Source: a phage. From it: a stretch of DNA of 64,000 nucleotides. The position numbers were made by a program, and so were the translations under genes. The stretch lies in the sequence record PZ179882.1; one strand, 5' to 3'. The notes beneath the pieces are model-generated. The model ran no database searches and was not told the origin of the DNA. It saw only the letters and a list, made by a program, of their open reading frames with translations. Shown here piece after piece: positions 46,809-58,654 of the stretch (its first letter is position 1; the number at the start of each line of letters is the position of its first letter).

Positions 46809-47327
46809 ATGAGCGCTGATTTAGGAGAATCCATGGAAGGTTCTTCTATCGACGTCACCTTTACCGCTCAATTAGAAACAGGTGAAACGTTAGTATCTAT
46901 AAATATAACTAGTTACGAAGAAACTCCTGGGGTTTTAGTAGAAGAAAATCGTTTATATGGAACGTATGAATCTGTATTTGGATTTGGAAATGACGCATTG
47001 AAATATCGTTTAGATGATGAATTTAAAACTGCTGCTTCATGGGAAGACCTTCCAACTGATTCTAATACTCAGTTATATCTATGGAAAGCTCCTCAAAACC
47101 TCCAGAAGACATTCACTTATGAAGTAACATTAATATATGACTACCAAGAACAAAGTGAATCTGGAGGTTCTGGCAGTAATTCTAGGTCATCTTCTGATAC
47201 TACTGAACCAACGGATCCTCCTGCTCCAATAAGAAAAACTCTTGTTAAAAATTACACAAAAACTATAGTTGGAAATTGGAGCCGTTGGGCTAATAAATTG
47301 AGAAGCTACGTATATGAGAGGCAATAA
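46809..47327 (+). CDS. Hypothetical protein with S/G/T/P-rich linker (gene 5.x position)
   Basis: ORF track 46791..47327 starts at TTG; first ATG at 46809; 172 aa. Confidence 0.5.
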
Positions 47328-47620
47328 TGTCAGGATTAAGTTATGATAAGTGTGTTACTGCTGGCCATGAAGCATGGCCTCCAACAGTTGTGAATGCTAC
47401 ACAAAGTAAAGTATTCACCGGAGGAATTGCTGTTCTCGTAGCAGGTGATCCAATTACAGAACATACAGAAATTAAAAAGCCATATGAAACACATGGCGGA
47501 GTGACACAACCTAGAACTTCTAAGGTATATGTCACTGGAAAGAAAGCTGTTCAAATGGCTGATCCAATATCATGCGGTGATACTGTGGCTCAGGCATCAT
47601 CTAAAGTATTCATTAAATAG
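47327..47620 (+). CDS. 5.4: Baseplate spike tip (PAAR-like) gp5.4
   Basis: 97 aa; [19 protein letters not shown]... matches T4 gp5.4. Confidence 0.9.
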
Positions 47621-47628
47621 GATTTAAA

Positions 47629-49611
47629 ATGGCAAATACCCCTGTAAATTATCAATTAACAAGAACAGCAAATGCTATTCCCGAGATATTCGTCGGGGGT
47701 ACATTTGCTGAAATAAAACAAAACCTCATTGAATGGCTTAATGGTCAAAATGAATTTTTGGATTATGATTTTGAAGGCTCAAGATTAAACGTTCTGTGCG
47801 ACCTTTTGGCTTATAATACATTGTACATTCAACAGTTTGGTAATGCTGCCGTGTATGAAAGCTTTATGCGTACTGCTAACTTACGTAGTTCAGTAGTTCA
47901 AGCGGCACAAGATAATGGATATTTACCTACTTCAAAATCAGCTGCTCAAACTGAAATTATGCTAACTTGTATAGATGCATTGAATAGAAATTACATTACT
48001 ATTCCTCGCGGTACTCGCTTTTTAGCATATGCAAAGGATACTTCTGTTAATCCTTATAACTTTGTCTCTACTGAAGATGTTATTGCTATTCGTGATAAAA
48101 ATAACCAGTATTTTCCACGTTTAAAATTAGCTCAAGGACGTATAGTAAGAACTGAAATCATTTACGATAAATTAACACCTATTATCATTTATGACAAAAA
48201 TATAGATAGAAACCAAGTTAAACTATACGTTGATGGAGCAGAATGGATTAACTGGACAAGAAAGTCAATGGTTCATGCTGGTTCTACATCAACAATTTAC
48301 TACATGCGTGAAACTATTGATGGAAATACTGAATTTTATTTTGGTGAAGGTGAGATTTCTGTTAACGCGGCAGAAGGAGCATTGACCGCTAATTATATTG
48401 GAGGTCTTAAACCTACCCAGAACTCTACGATTGTTATTGAGTACATCAGTACTAACGGTGCAGATGCGAATGGTGCAGTCGGATTTTCATACGCAGATAC
48501 ATTAACAAATATAACTGTCATCAATATTAATGAAAACCCAAACGATGACCCAGATTTTGTTGGGGCAGATGGCGGCGGTGACCCAGAAGATATTGAACGT
48601 ATTCGCGAATTGGGTACTATTAAACGTGAAACCCAACAACGCTGCGTAACTGCGACTGATTATGATACATTCGTTTCAGAAAGATTCGGTTCTATTATTC
48701 AAGCGGTTCAGACTTTCACTGATTCTACTAAACCTGGTTATGCATTTATTGCTGCTAAACCTAAATCAGGACTATATTTAACTACTGTACAACGTGAAGA
48801 TATTAAAAATTATCTAAAAGATTATAATTTAGCTCCTATTACACCATCAATTATTTCTCCTAATTATCTTTTTGTTAAGACTAATTTAAAAGTCACATAT
48901 GCTTTAAATAAGCTGCAAGAATCCGAACAGTGGCTCGAAGGTCAAATAATTGATAAAATTGATCGTTATTATACCGAAGACGTAGAAATTTTTAATTCAT
49001 CTTTCGCTAAATCTAAGATGTTGACATATGTAGATGATGCAGATCATTCTATCATTGGCTCATCCGCGACAATTCAAATGGTACGTGAAGTACAAAACTT
49101 CTATAAAACGCCTGAAGCGGGTATTAAATACAATAATCAAATAAAAGATCGTTCTATGGAATCTAATACGTTTTCATTTAATTCTGGACGAAAAGTTGTA
49201 AATCCTGATACTGGTTTAGAAGAAGATGTATTATATGACGTTCGTATAGTATCAACAGACCGAGATTCTAAAGGAATTGGCAAAGTTATTATTGGTCCAT
49301 TTGCTTCTGGCGATGTTACAGAAAATGAAAACATTCAGCCATATACAGGCAATGATTTTAATAAATTAGCAAGTTCCGATGGACGTGACAAATACTATGT
49401 TATCGGTGAAATAAATTACCCAGCTGACATGATTTATTGGAATATCGCTAAAATTAATTTAACATCCGATAAATTTGAGGTTCAGACTATTGAGCTATAT
49501 TCTGATCCAATAGACGATGTTATTTTCACGCGCGATGGTTCACTGATTGTATTTGAAAATGATTTACGTCCACAATACTTAACTATCGATTTGGAGCCTA
49601 TATCACAATGA
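47629..49611 (+). CDS. 6: Baseplate wedge protein gp6
   Basis: 660 aa; matches T4 gp6. Confidence 0.95.
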   Translation: MANTPVNYQLTRTANAIPEIFVGGTFAEIKQNLIEWLNGQNEFLDYDFEGSRLNVLCDLLAYNTLYIQQFGNAAVYESFMRTANLRSSVVQAAQDNGYLPTSKSAAQTEIMLTCIDALNRNYITIPRGTRFLAYAKDTSVNPYNFVSTEDVIAIRDKNNQYFPRLKLAQGRIVRTEIIYDKLTPIIIYDKNIDRNQVKLYVDGAEWINWTRKSMVHAGSTSTIYYMRETIDGNTEFYFGEGEISVNAAEGALTANYIGGLKPTQNSTIVIEYISTNGADANGAVGFSYADTLTNITVININENPNDDPDFVGADGGGDPEDIERIRELGTIKRETQQRCVTATDYDTFVSERFGSIIQAVQTFTDSTKPGYAFIAAKPKSGLYLTTVQREDIKNYLKDYNLAPITPSIISPNYLFVKTNLKVTYALNKLQESEQWLEGQIIDKIDRYYTEDVEIFNSSFAKSKMLTYVDDADHSIIGSSATIQMVREVQNFYKTPEAGIKYNNQIKDRSMESNTFSFNSGRKVVNPDTGLEEDVLYDVRIVSTDRDSKGIGKVIIGPFASGDVTENENIQPYTGNDFNKLASSDGRDKYYVIGEINYPADMIYWNIAKINLTSDKFEVQTIELYSDPIDDVIFTRDGSLIVFENDLRPQYLTIDLEPISQ

Positions 49612-52600
49612 CAGTAAAAGCACCTTCAGTTACTAGTCTCAGAATTTCCAAGTTATCCGCAAATCAGGTGCAAGTACGCTGGGATGACGTTGGTGCTAAT
49701 TTCTACTATTTTGTAGAAATCGCTGAGACAAAAACAAACTCGGGAGAAAATCTCCCGAGCAATCAATACAGATGGATTAACTTAGGATATACTGCAAATA
49801 ACAGCTTCTTTTTTGATAATGCTAATCCATTGACATCGTACATTATTAGAGTAGCTACAGCTGCACAGGATTTTGAGCAGTCTGATTGGATTTATACCGA
49901 AGAGTTTGAAACTTTTGCTACAAACGCTTATACATTTCAAAACATGATTGAAATGCAATTAGCTAATAAATTCATTCAGGAAAAATTTACTCTTAATAAT
50001 TCTGACTATGTTAATTTTAATAATGATACTATAATGGCTGCATTGATGAATGAATCATTCCAATTCAGCCCATCATATGCTGATGTTTCATCAATAAGTA
50101 ATTTTATTATTGGTGAAAATGAGTATCATGAAATACAAGGTTCTATTCAGCAAGTATGTAAGGATATTAATCGAGTTTATTTGATGGAATCAGAAGGGAT
50201 TCTATATCTTTTTGAGCGTTATCAACCTGTAGTTAAAGTATCTAATGATAAAGGACAAACCTGGAAAGCCGTAAAGCTCTTCAATGATCGTGTAGGATAT
50301 CCTTTATCTAAGACTGTATATTACCAATCTGCAAACACAACATACGTTCTAGGATACGACAAGATTTTCTACGGCCGCAAATCTACTGATGTTAGATGGT
50401 CAGCTGATGATGTTAGATTTAGTTCGCAGGATATAACATTTGCTAAACTTGGAGATCAACTTCATTTGGGATTTGATGTTGAAATATTTGGTACTTATGC
50501 TACATTACCAGCGAATGTATACCGCATTGCAGAAGCTATTACTTGCACTGATGATTACATTTACGTTGTCGCCAGAGACAAAGTTAGATACATAAAAACG
50601 AGTAATGCGCCCATAGATTCTGACCCATTATCTCCAACATATTCGGAAAGACTTTTTGAACCTGATACAATGACTATAACCGGAAATCCTAAAGCAGTAT
50701 GCTATAAAATGGATTCTATCGGTGATAAAGTTTTTGCTCTTATTGTTGGAGAAGTTGAAACATTAAATGCTAATCCTAGAACATCAAAAATAATTGATTC
50801 TGCTGATAAAGGAATATATGTTTTAAATCATGGCACGAAAACATGGAAAAGAGTTTTTGGCAACACTGAAGAAGAAAGAAGACGTATTCAACCTGGATAT
50901 GCGAATATGTCAACTGATGGTAAATTAGTTTCTCTGTCTTCGAGTAATTTTAAATTTTTAAGTGATAACATTGTTAATGACCCTGAAACTGTGGTGAAAT
51001 ATCAGTTAATCGGTGCTGTTAAATATGAATTTCCTCGTGAATGGTTAGCTGATAAGCATTATCATATGATGGCATTTATAGCAGATGAAAAGTCTGATTG
51101 GGAAACTTTTACGCCTCAGCCAATGAAATACTATGCAGAACCATTCTTTAACTGGTCTAAAAAGTCTAATACACGGTGCTGGATAAACAACTCTAATAGA
51201 GCTGTAGTAGTTTATGCTGATTTAAAATACACTAAAGTTATAGAAAATATTCCGGAAACATCACCAGATAGATTAGTTCATGAATACTGGGATGATGGTG
51301 ATTGTACGATAGTAATGCCAAATGTTAAATTCACGGGATTTAAAAAATATGCGTCTGGGATGCTTTTTTATAAATCTTCTGGTGAAATAATTTCTTATTA
51401 TGATTTTAACTATCGTGTGAGAGATACAGTAGAAATTATTTGGAAGCCGACTGGAGTATTTTTAAAAGCATTTTTACAAAACCAAGAGCATGAGACTCCT
51501 TGGTCGCCAGAAGAAGAGCATGGATTAGCTGACCCTGATTTAAGACCATTAATTGGCACAATGATGCCTGATTCTTATTTACTACAAGATTCGAATTTTG
51601 AGGCATTTTGCGAAGCATATATTCAATATCTTTCTGATGGATATGGAACTCAGTATAATAATTTACGAAATTTAATTCGTAACCAATATCCGCGAGAAGA
51701 GCATGCATGGGAATATTTGTGGTCAGAGATATATAAAAGAAACATTTATTTAAATGCTGATAAACGTGATGCTGTTGCAAGATTTTTTGAATCACGTAGC
51801 TATGATTTTTATTCTACTAAAGGAATTGAAGCATCATACAAATTTCTTTTTAAAGTTCTTTATAATGAAGAAGTTGAAATTGAAATTGAATCTGGGGCTG
51901 GTACTGAATATGATATAATCGTTCAATCTGATTCTTTGACTGAAGATTTAGTAGGACAAACGATTTATACTGCTACAGGAAGATGTAATGTTACTTATAT
52001 AGAAAGAAGCTATTCCAATGGCAAATTGCAATGGACCGTAACTATTCATAATCTTTTGGGAAGATTAATTGCCGGTCAAGAAGTTAAAGCAGAAAGACTC
52101 CCTAGTTTCGAAGGCGAAATTATTCGCGGGGTTAAAGGAAAGGATTTGCTTCAAAATAATATAGACTATATTAATAGAAGTAGATCATATTATGTAATGA
52201 AAATTAAATCAAATTTACCTTCTTCCCGCTGGAAATCTGACGTTATTCGTTTTGTTCATCCAGTAGGATTTGGATTTATAGCAATTACTCTTTTAACAAT
52301 GTTTATTAATGTCGGTTTAACTCTTAAACATACAGAGACTATAATTAATAAATACAAAAACTACAAATGGGATTCTGGATTGCCTACTGAATATGCTGAT
52401 AGAGTAGCTAAATTAACTCCAACCGGTGAAATTGAGCATGACTCAGTTACAGGCGAAGCAATTTATGAACCTGGCCCAATGGCTGGTGTAAAATATCCTC
52501 TTCCTGATGACTATAATGCTGAAAATAGTAATTCAATATTTCAAGGTCAATTGCCTTCTGAACGACGCAAGTTAATGAGTCCTCTATTTGACGCATCTGG

Positions 52601-52706
52601 AACAACATTTGCACAGTTTAGGGATTTAGTTAATAAACGTCTAAAAGATAATATAGGAAATCCAAGAGACCCTGAAAATCCAACACAGGTTAAAATAGAT
52701 GAATGA
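49608..52706 (+). CDS. 7: Baseplate wedge protein gp7
   Basis: 1032 aa; matches T4 gp7. Confidence 0.95.
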   Translation: MTVKAPSVTSLRISKLSANQVQVRWDDVGANFYYFVEIAETKTNSGENLPSNQYRWINLGYTANNSFFFDNANPLTSYIIRVATAAQDFEQSDWIYTEEFETFATNAYTFQNMIEMQLANKFIQEKFTLNNSDYVNFNNDTIMAALMNESFQFSPSYADVSSISNFIIGENEYHEIQGSIQQVCKDINRVYLMESEGILYLFERYQPVVKVSNDKGQTWKAVKLFNDRVGYPLSKTVYYQSANTTYVLGYDKIFYGRKSTDVRWSADDVRFSSQDITFAKLGDQLHLGFDVEIFGTYATLPANVYRIAEAITCTDDYIYVVARDKVRYIKTSNAPIDSDPLSPTYSERLFEPDTMTITGNPKAVCYKMDSIGDKVFALIVGEVETLNANPRTSKIIDSADKGIYVLNHGTKTWKRVFGNTEEERRRIQPGYANMSTDGKLVSLSSSNFKFLSDNIVNDPETVVKYQLIGAVKYEFPREWLADKHYHMMAFIADEKSDWETFTPQPMKYYAEPFFNWSKKSNTRCWINNSNRAVVVYADLKYTKVIENIPETSPDRLVHEYWDDGDCTIVMPNVKFTGFKKYASGMLFYKSSGEIISYYDFNYRVRDTVEIIWKPTGVFLKAFLQNQEHETPWSPEEEHGLADPDLRPLIGTMMPDSYLLQDSNFEAFCEAYIQYLSDGYGTQYNNLRNLIRNQYPREEHAWEYLWSEIYKRNIYLNADKRDAVARFFESRSYDFYSTKGIEASYKFLFKVLYNEEVEIEIESGAGTEYDIIVQSDSLTEDLVGQTIYTATGRCNVTYIERSYSNGKLQWTVTIHNLLGRLIAGQEVKAERLPSFEGEIIRGVKGKDLLQNNIDYINRSRSYYVMKIKSNLPSSRWKSDVIRFVHPVGFGFIAITLLTMFINVGLTLKHTETIINKYKNYKWDSGLPTEYADRVAKLTPTGEIEHDSVTGEAIYEPGPMAGVKYPLPDDYNAENSNSIFQGQLPSERRKLMSPLFDASGTTFAQFRDLVNKRLKDNIGNPRDPENPTQVKIDE

Positions 52707-53703
52707 TTCAAGTGTTATCTATCGTGCGATAGTTACTTCAAAATTTAGAACAGAAAAAATGTTGAATTTTTATAATTCAATTGGGAGTGGTCCGGATAAA
52801 AACACTATCTTTATCACATTTGGAAGATCAGAACCGTGGTCATCAAATGAAAATGAGGTGGGCTTTGCTCCACCTTATCCAACTGATTCTGTATTGGGTG
52901 TAACTGACATGTGGACTCATATGATGGGAACCGTAAAGGTTCTTCCATCTATGCTTGATGCGGTTATTCCTCGTAGAGATTGGGGAGATACTAGATATCC
53001 GGATCCATACACATTTAGAATTAACGATATTGTAGTATGTAACTCAGCTCCTTACAATGCTACTGAATCAGGCGCAGGATGGCTAGTATATCGTTGTTTA
53101 GATGTTCCTGACACAGGAACATGCTCAATAACATCTTTGACTGACAAGGATGAATGTATTAAGTTAGGTGGAAAATGGACTCCTTCTGTTAGGTCAATGA
53201 CTCCTCCTGAAGGTCGAGGAGACGCGGAAGGAACAATCGAACCTGGAGACGGATATGTTTGGGAATATCTTTTTGAGATTCCGCCTGATGTATCTATAAA
53301 TAGATGCACAAATGAATATATCGTAGTTCCTTGGCCTGAGGAATTAAAAGAAGACCCAACTAGATGGGGGTATGAAGATAATCTCACTTGGCAACAAGAT
53401 GATTTTGGATTAATTTACCGTGTTAAGGCAAATACTATTCGTTTTAAAGCATACTTAGATTCAGTTTATTTTCCTGAAGCTGCATTGCCAGGAAATAAAG
53501 GATTTAGACAAATATCGATAATCACGAATCCTCTTGAAGCTAAAGTTCATCCAAATGACCCAAACGTTAAAGCTGAAAAGGATTACTATGATCCGGAAGA
53601 TTTAATGAGGCATTCGGGCGAAATGATTTATATGGAAAATAGGCCACCTATTATCATGGCAATGGATCAAACAGAAGAAATCAATATTCTGTTTACATTT
53701 TAA
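52699..53703 (+). CDS. 8: Baseplate wedge protein gp8
   Basis: 334 aa; matches T4 gp8; hairpin terminator follows. Confidence 0.93.
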   Translation: MNDSSVIYRAIVTSKFRTEKMLNFYNSIGSGPDKNTIFITFGRSEPWSSNENEVGFAPPYPTDSVLGVTDMWTHMMGTVKVLPSMLDAVIPRRDWGDTRYPDPYTFRINDIVVCNSAPYNATESGAGWLVYRCLDVPDTGTCSITSLTDKDECIKLGGKWTPSVRSMTPPEGRGDAEGTIEPGDGYVWEYLFEIPPDVSINRCTNEYIVVPWPEELKEDPTRWGYEDNLTWQQDDFGLIYRVKANTIRFKAYLDSVYFPEAALPGNKGFRQISIITNPLEAKVHPNDPNVKAEKDYYDPEDLMRHSGEMIYMENRPPIIMAMDQTEEINILFTF

Positions 53704-53708
53704 ATTAA

Positions 53709-53732
53709 GGGAGCCCATAGGCTCCCTTTTTT
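53709..53732 (+). terminator. Rho-independent terminator after gene 8
   Basis: GGGAGCC-CATA-GGCTCCC followed by TTTTTT. Confidence 0.7.
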
Positions 53733-53735
53733 CTT

Positions 53736-53743
53736 TATAAATA
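53736..53743 (+). promoter_or_regulatory. Late promoter TATAAATA upstream of gene 9
   Basis: Exact TATAAATA between the gp8 terminator and gp9 start. Confidence 0.65.
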
Positions 53744-53767
53744 CTATAAACTCATAAGGAAACCGCT

Positions 53768-54634
53768 ATGTTCATTCAAGAACCAAAGAAATTGATTGAT
53801 ACCGGCGAAATTGGTAACGCTTCTACTGGTGATATCTTATTCGACGGTGGTAATAAAATTAATAGTGATTTTAACGCAATTTATAATGCGTTTGGCGATC
53901 AGCGCAAAATGGCAGTAGCAAATGGCACTGGTGCTGACGGCCAAATTATCCATGCTACTGGATATTATCAAAAGCATTCTATCATAGAGTACGCAACTCC
54001 GGTGAAAGTTGGTACTAGACATGATATTGATACCTCTACTGTAGGTGTTAAAGTTATCATTGAAAGAGGCGAACTTGGCGACTGCGTTGAATTTATTAAC
54101 TCAAATGGATCAATATCAGTTACTAATCCTTTAACGATTCAAGCTATTGATTCAATTAAAGGTGTTTCGGGTAATTTGGTAGTAACTAGCCCATATAGTA
54201 AAGTTACTTTACGTTGTATTTCATCTGATAATTCTACGTCAGTTTGGAATTATTCTATTGAAAGTATGTTTGGCCAAAAAGAATCACCGGCCGAAGGTAC
54301 ATGGAATATTTCTACATCTGGGTCAGTTGACATTCCATTGTTTCATCGTACTGAATATAACATGGCTAAATTGTTAGTTACGTGCCAATCGATAGATGGA
54401 AGAAAAATTAAAACGGCAGAAATAAATATTCTTGTAGATACTGTTAATTCAGCGGTCATTTCTTCTGAATATGCTGTCATGCGAGTTGGGAATGAAACCG
54501 AAGAAGACGAAATCGCTAATATTGCATTTAGTATTAAAGAAAATTATGTAACTGCGACTATAAGTTCTTCAACTGTCGGTATGAGAGCAGCAGTTAAAGT
54601 TATCGCTACGCAGAAAATCGGGGTGGCTCAATAA
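53768..54634 (+). CDS. 9: Baseplate wedge / long-tail-fibre connector gp9
   Basis: 288 aa; late promoter 53736..53743 upstream. Confidence 0.93.
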   Translation: MFIQEPKKLIDTGEIGNASTGDILFDGGNKINSDFNAIYNAFGDQRKMAVANGTGADGQIIHATGYYQKHSIIEYATPVKVGTRHDIDTSTVGVKVIIERGELGDCVEFINSNGSISVTNPLTIQAIDSIKGVSGNLVVTSPYSKVTLRCISSDNSTSVWNYSIESMFGQKESPAEGTWNISTSGSVDIPLFHRTEYNMAKLLVTCQSIDGRKIKTAEINILVDTVNSAVISSEYAVMRVGNETEEDEIANIAFSIKENYVTATISSSTVGMRAAVKVIATQKIGVAQ

Positions 54635-56439
54635 TGAAACAAAATATTAATATCGGTAATGTTGTTGATGATGGTACCGGTGACTACCTGCGTAAAGGTG
54701 GTATAAAAATAAATGAAAACTTTGATGAACTTTATTATGAACTTGGTGATGGAGATGTTCCATATTCAGCCGGTGCCTGGAAAACTTATAATGCTTCATC
54801 TGGACAAACACTAACGGCAGAATGGGGAAAATCATATGCCATTAATACTTCGTCTGGAAGAGTAACTCTACAACTTCCTAAAGGAACTGTTAATGATTAC
54901 AACAAGGTAATTAGAGCTAGAGACGTATTCGCTACATGGAACATCAATCCAGTTACTTTAGTAGCTGCTTCCGGAGATACAATTAAAGGGTCGTCATCAT
55001 CGGTTGAAATTAATGTTCAATTTAGTGATTTAGAGTTAGTTTATTGCGCTCCAGGACGTTGGGAATATGTCAAAAACAAACAAATTGACAAAATTGTTAG
55101 TTCAGATATTAGTAACGTAGCTCGCAAAGAATTTTTAGTTGAAGTTCAAGGACAAACTGACTTTTTAGATGTTTTCAATGGAACTAGTTATAATGTTAAT
55201 AACATAAGAGTGAAGCATCGTGGTAACGAATTATATTACGGTGATGTATTTAGTGAAAATAGCGACTTTGGCTCTCCAGGGGAAAATGAAGGCGAATTAG
55301 TTCCTCTTGATGGATTTAATATTCGATTAAGACAGCCATGTAATATTGGTGACACCGTTCAAATTGAAACATTTATGGATGGTGTATCACAATGGAGAAG
55401 TTCATATACAAGACGCCAAATAAAAGTACTAGATTCAAAACTAACATCAAAGACTTCATTAGAAGGAAGTATTTACGTTACTGATTTATCAACGATGAAA
55501 TCAATTCCATTTTCCGCTTTTGGATTAATTCCTGGTGAACCTATTAATCCTAATTCTCTTGAGGTTCGTTTTAATGGAATTTTACAGCAGCAGGCTGGAA
55601 CAGCTGGATATCCTCTGTTTTTGTGTGAAGGCGCTAATTCAGATACGCAAGAAGGATGTATATCTCTTGGCGGCGAATGGAAAGAATCAAACACGGATTA
55701 TTCTATAGAATATGAAGACGGAAAACCTATCAGTCTTTTATTTGATAGAAAATTTGAATCCGGCGACATTATCGTTATAACATGGTTCAATAACGATTTA
55801 GGAACTCTTTTAGAAAAAGATGACATTATTGAATTAACAGATGACCGTTATGTTAGCAAAGGATCATCTACTGAAGTTACTGGTGATGTGGCCTTAACAG
55901 ATTTTGATAAAATCGGCTGGCCAAATGTTGAAAAAGTTGATTCTTATACTAGAACGTATAATTCAATATCATCTATTTTCGATAGCATTTATCCTGTAGG
56001 TTCAATTTATGAAAATGCTATAAATCCAAATAATCCGGTGACTTATATGGGATTTGGTTCATGGAAATTATTTGGCAAAGGACAAGTTTTAGTAGGATGG
56101 AATGATGATGTTACGGATCCAAACTTTGCTTTAAACAATAATGATTTAGATTCTAGCGGAAATCCTTCACATACTGCTGGTGGAACAGTTGGAACAACAT
56201 CAGTAACGCTTGAAAACGCAAATCTTCCTGCAACTAAAACCGACGAAAGAGTTTTAATTGAAGACGAAAATGGATCGGTTATTATTGGAGGTTGCCAATA
56301 TGACCCAGATGAAACTGGTCCTATATATACAAAATATCGTGAAGACTATGCAACAACAAACTCTTCACATACTCCTCCTGCTAATATTAGTAATATTCAA
56401 CCGTCTATTACTGTATACCGTTGGATAAGGATTGCATAA
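54634..56439 (+). CDS. 10: Baseplate wedge protein gp10
   Basis: 601 aa; matches T4 gp10. Confidence 0.93.
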   Translation: MKQNINIGNVVDDGTGDYLRKGGIKINENFDELYYELGDGDVPYSAGAWKTYNASSGQTLTAEWGKSYAINTSSGRVTLQLPKGTVNDYNKVIRARDVFATWNINPVTLVAASGDTIKGSSSSVEINVQFSDLELVYCAPGRWEYVKNKQIDKIVSSDISNVARKEFLVEVQGQTDFLDVFNGTSYNVNNIRVKHRGNELYYGDVFSENSDFGSPGENEGELVPLDGFNIRLRQPCNIGDTVQIETFMDGVSQWRSSYTRRQIKVLDSKLTSKTSLEGSIYVTDLSTMKSIPFSAFGLIPGEPINPNSLEVRFNGILQQQAGTAGYPLFLCEGANSDTQEGCISLGGEWKESNTDYSIEYEDGKPISLLFDRKFESGDIIVITWFNNDLGTLLEKDDIIELTDDRYVSKGSSTEVTGDVALTDFDKIGWPNVEKVDSYTRTYNSISSIFDSIYPVGSIYENAINPNNPVTYMGFGSWKLFGKGQVLVGWNDDVTDPNFALNNNDLDSSGNPSHTAGGTVGTTSVTLENANLPATKTDERVLIEDENGSVIIGGCQYDPDETGPIYTKYREDYATTNSSHTPPANISNIQPSITVYRWIRIA

Positions 56440-57098
56440 TGAGTTTACTTAATAATAAAGCGGGAGTTATTTCCCGCTTAGCAGATTTTCTTGGTTTTAG
56501 AACTAAGAAAAATGATATTTCGGTTATGAATAATCAGCCAGTAGGCGCTGTAACAATTTCACAAATAGCAAAAGGTTTTTATGACCCAAATGTAGAATCT
56601 GCTATTAATGATGTTAGAAATATGGCAGAGCAACAAGTTGGAGCTGTATTAGTTAATATAAGCGGCGTATCTCCTACTGGCGTGCAGCAAACAGACTATT
56701 GGTCATTTGAAGGAACTGTTACTGATACTTCAGCCAAACCAGGTGACCCAGTTATTGTTAACATGTTTGGTATTCCAGTTAAAGCTACTAACGGAATGAC
56801 TTCAATTGAATTTACCAGTGCCGTTAGAATAGCTCTACAGGAAATGGTTGTAAAATTTATTGCAATTGATTCATTTGAAGACCATCCTACCATAGGAAAT
56901 AAAATACAAGTTAAGTATTTAGATAACCAAGAACATATCTTAGAACAATACTCTGATAAAGGAATTACTTTCAAACAGGAAATAATTTCTCCTTCTAAAC
57001 CTGGGTATGGAACTTGGCAATTATTAGGTGCGCAAACTGTTACGCTAGATAGTCACACACAACCTACAGTATTTTATTATTTTGAGAGAGTAGCATGA
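56439..57098 (+). CDS. 11: Baseplate wedge protein gp11
   Basis: ORF track 56421..57098 starts at TTG; ATG at 56439 overlaps gp10 stop (TAATG); 219 aa. Confidence 0.92.
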   Translation: MSLLNNKAGVISRLADFLGFRTKKNDISVMNNQPVGAVTISQIAKGFYDPNVESAINDVRNMAEQQVGAVLVNISGVSPTGVQQTDYWSFEGTVTDTSAKPGDPVIVNMFGIPVKATNGMTSIEFTSAVRIALQEMVVKFIAIDSFEDHPTIGNKIQVKYLDNQEHILEQYSDKGITFKQEIISPSKPGYGTWQLLGAQTVTLDSHTQPTVFYYFERVA

Positions 57099-58645
57099 GT
57101 AACAATACATATCAGCACGTATCAAATGAATCAAAATATGTTAAATTCGATCCTACTGGATCGAATTTTCCTGGCACTGTTACGACAGTACAGTCTGCAT
57201 TATCAAAAATAAGTAATATCGGCGTAAATGGTATTCCTGATGCAACTATGGAAGTTAAAGGAATAGCAATGATCGCGTCAGAGCAAGAAGTTTTAGATGG
57301 AACTAATAATTCTAAAATCGTTACACCAGCTACATTAGCAACAAGATTATTATATCCAAATGCTACTGAAACTAAATATGGTTTAACGCGTTATTCAACA
57401 AATGAAGAAACATTAGAAGGCTCAGATAATAATTCATCAATAACGCCGCAAAAACTGAAATACCACACTGACGATGTGTTCCAAAATAGATATTCGTCTG
57501 AGTCATCAAACGGGGTTATTAAAATATCATCTACACCTGCAGCTTTAGCTGGCGTTGATGATACTACGGCAATGACTCCATTAAAAACACAAAAACTTGC
57601 AATAAAATTAATTTCACAAATAGCTCCTTCCGAAGATACTGCATCAGAATCTGTGAGAGGTGTAGTTCAATTATCTACTGTTGCGCAAACTCGTCAAGGA
57701 ACTCTCCGCGAAGGATATGCAATTTCTCCGTATACCTTTATGAATTCTGTTGCAACACAAGAATATAAGGGTGTTATACGTTTAGGAACACAATCGGAAA
57801 TTAACAGTAATTTAGGAGATGTTGCAGTAACAGGTGAAACACTAAATGGTCGAGGAGCTACTGGTTCTATGCGTGGAGTAGTTAAATTAACGACGCAAGC
57901 CGGTATTGCCCCTGAAGGTGATAGTTCTGGAGCATTAGCATGGAACGCAGATGTAATTAATACTCGTGGTGGACAAACTATTAACGGTTCTTTAAATTTA
58001 GACCATCTTACAGCAAACGGAATTTGGTCGCGCGGCGGAATGTGGAAAAATGGCGATCAACCTGTTGCCACTGAAAGATATGCGTCCGAAAGGATTCCAG
58101 TTGGAACTATTATGATGTTTGCAGGTGATTCAGCACCTCCAGGTTGGATTATGTGCCACGGCGGAACCGTGTCAGGAGATCAATATCCTGATTATAGAAA
58201 CGTAGTTGGAGGAAGATTTGGTGGGGATTGGAATAATCCAGGGATTCCTGATATGCGAGGTCTTTTCGTCAGAGGAGCTGGCACGGGCGGTCATATTTTA
58301 AATCAACGTGGACAAGATGGCTATGGAAAGGATAGACTGGGCGTAGGATGTGACGGAATGCATGTTGGTGGTGTTCAGGCACAACAAATGTCATACCATA
58401 AACATGCTGGTGGTTGGGGAGAATACCAAAGACATGAAGCTCCATTTGGCGCGTCAGTTTATCAAGGATATCTTGGAACTAGAAAATATTCCGACTGGGA
58501 TAATGCTTCATACTTCACTAATGATGGATTTGAATTGGGTGGACCGAGAGATGCCCTTGGTACACTTAATCGTGAAGGATTAATTGGTTATGAAACTAGA
58601 CCATGGAATATATCATTAAACTATATTATTAAAGTTCATTACTAA
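57095..58645 (+). CDS. 12: Short tail fibre gp12
   Basis: 516 aa; matches T4 gp12 including C-terminal IIKVHY. Confidence 0.92.
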   Translation: MSNNTYQHVSNESKYVKFDPTGSNFPGTVTTVQSALSKISNIGVNGIPDATMEVKGIAMIASEQEVLDGTNNSKIVTPATLATRLLYPNATETKYGLTRYSTNEETLEGSDNNSSITPQKLKYHTDDVFQNRYSSESSNGVIKISSTPAALAGVDDTTAMTPLKTQKLAIKLISQIAPSEDTASESVRGVVQLSTVAQTRQGTLREGYAISPYTFMNSVATQEYKGVIRLGTQSEINSNLGDVAVTGETLNGRGATGSMRGVVKLTTQAGIAPEGDSSGALAWNADVINTRGGQTINGSLNLDHLTANGIWSRGGMWKNGDQPVATERYASERIPVGTIMMFAGDSAPPGWIMCHGGTVSGDQYPDYRNVVGGRFGGDWNNPGIPDMRGLFVRGAGTGGHILNQRGQDGYGKDRLGVGCDGMHVGGVQAQQMSYHKHAGGWGEYQRHEAPFGASVYQGYLGTRKYSDWDNASYFTNDGFELGGPRDALGTLNREGLIGYETRPWNISLNYIIKVHY

Positions 58646-58654
58646 GGATTACAA

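Noticed and set aside
44434-56974. Minus-strand ORFs of 60-120 aa inside late genes 5 to 11 (44434..44643, 47336..47554, 49137..49334, 51436..51795, 53052..53387, 54647..54835, 55473..55694, 56696..56974)
   Set aside because: All are antisense to long, well-supported baseplate genes.
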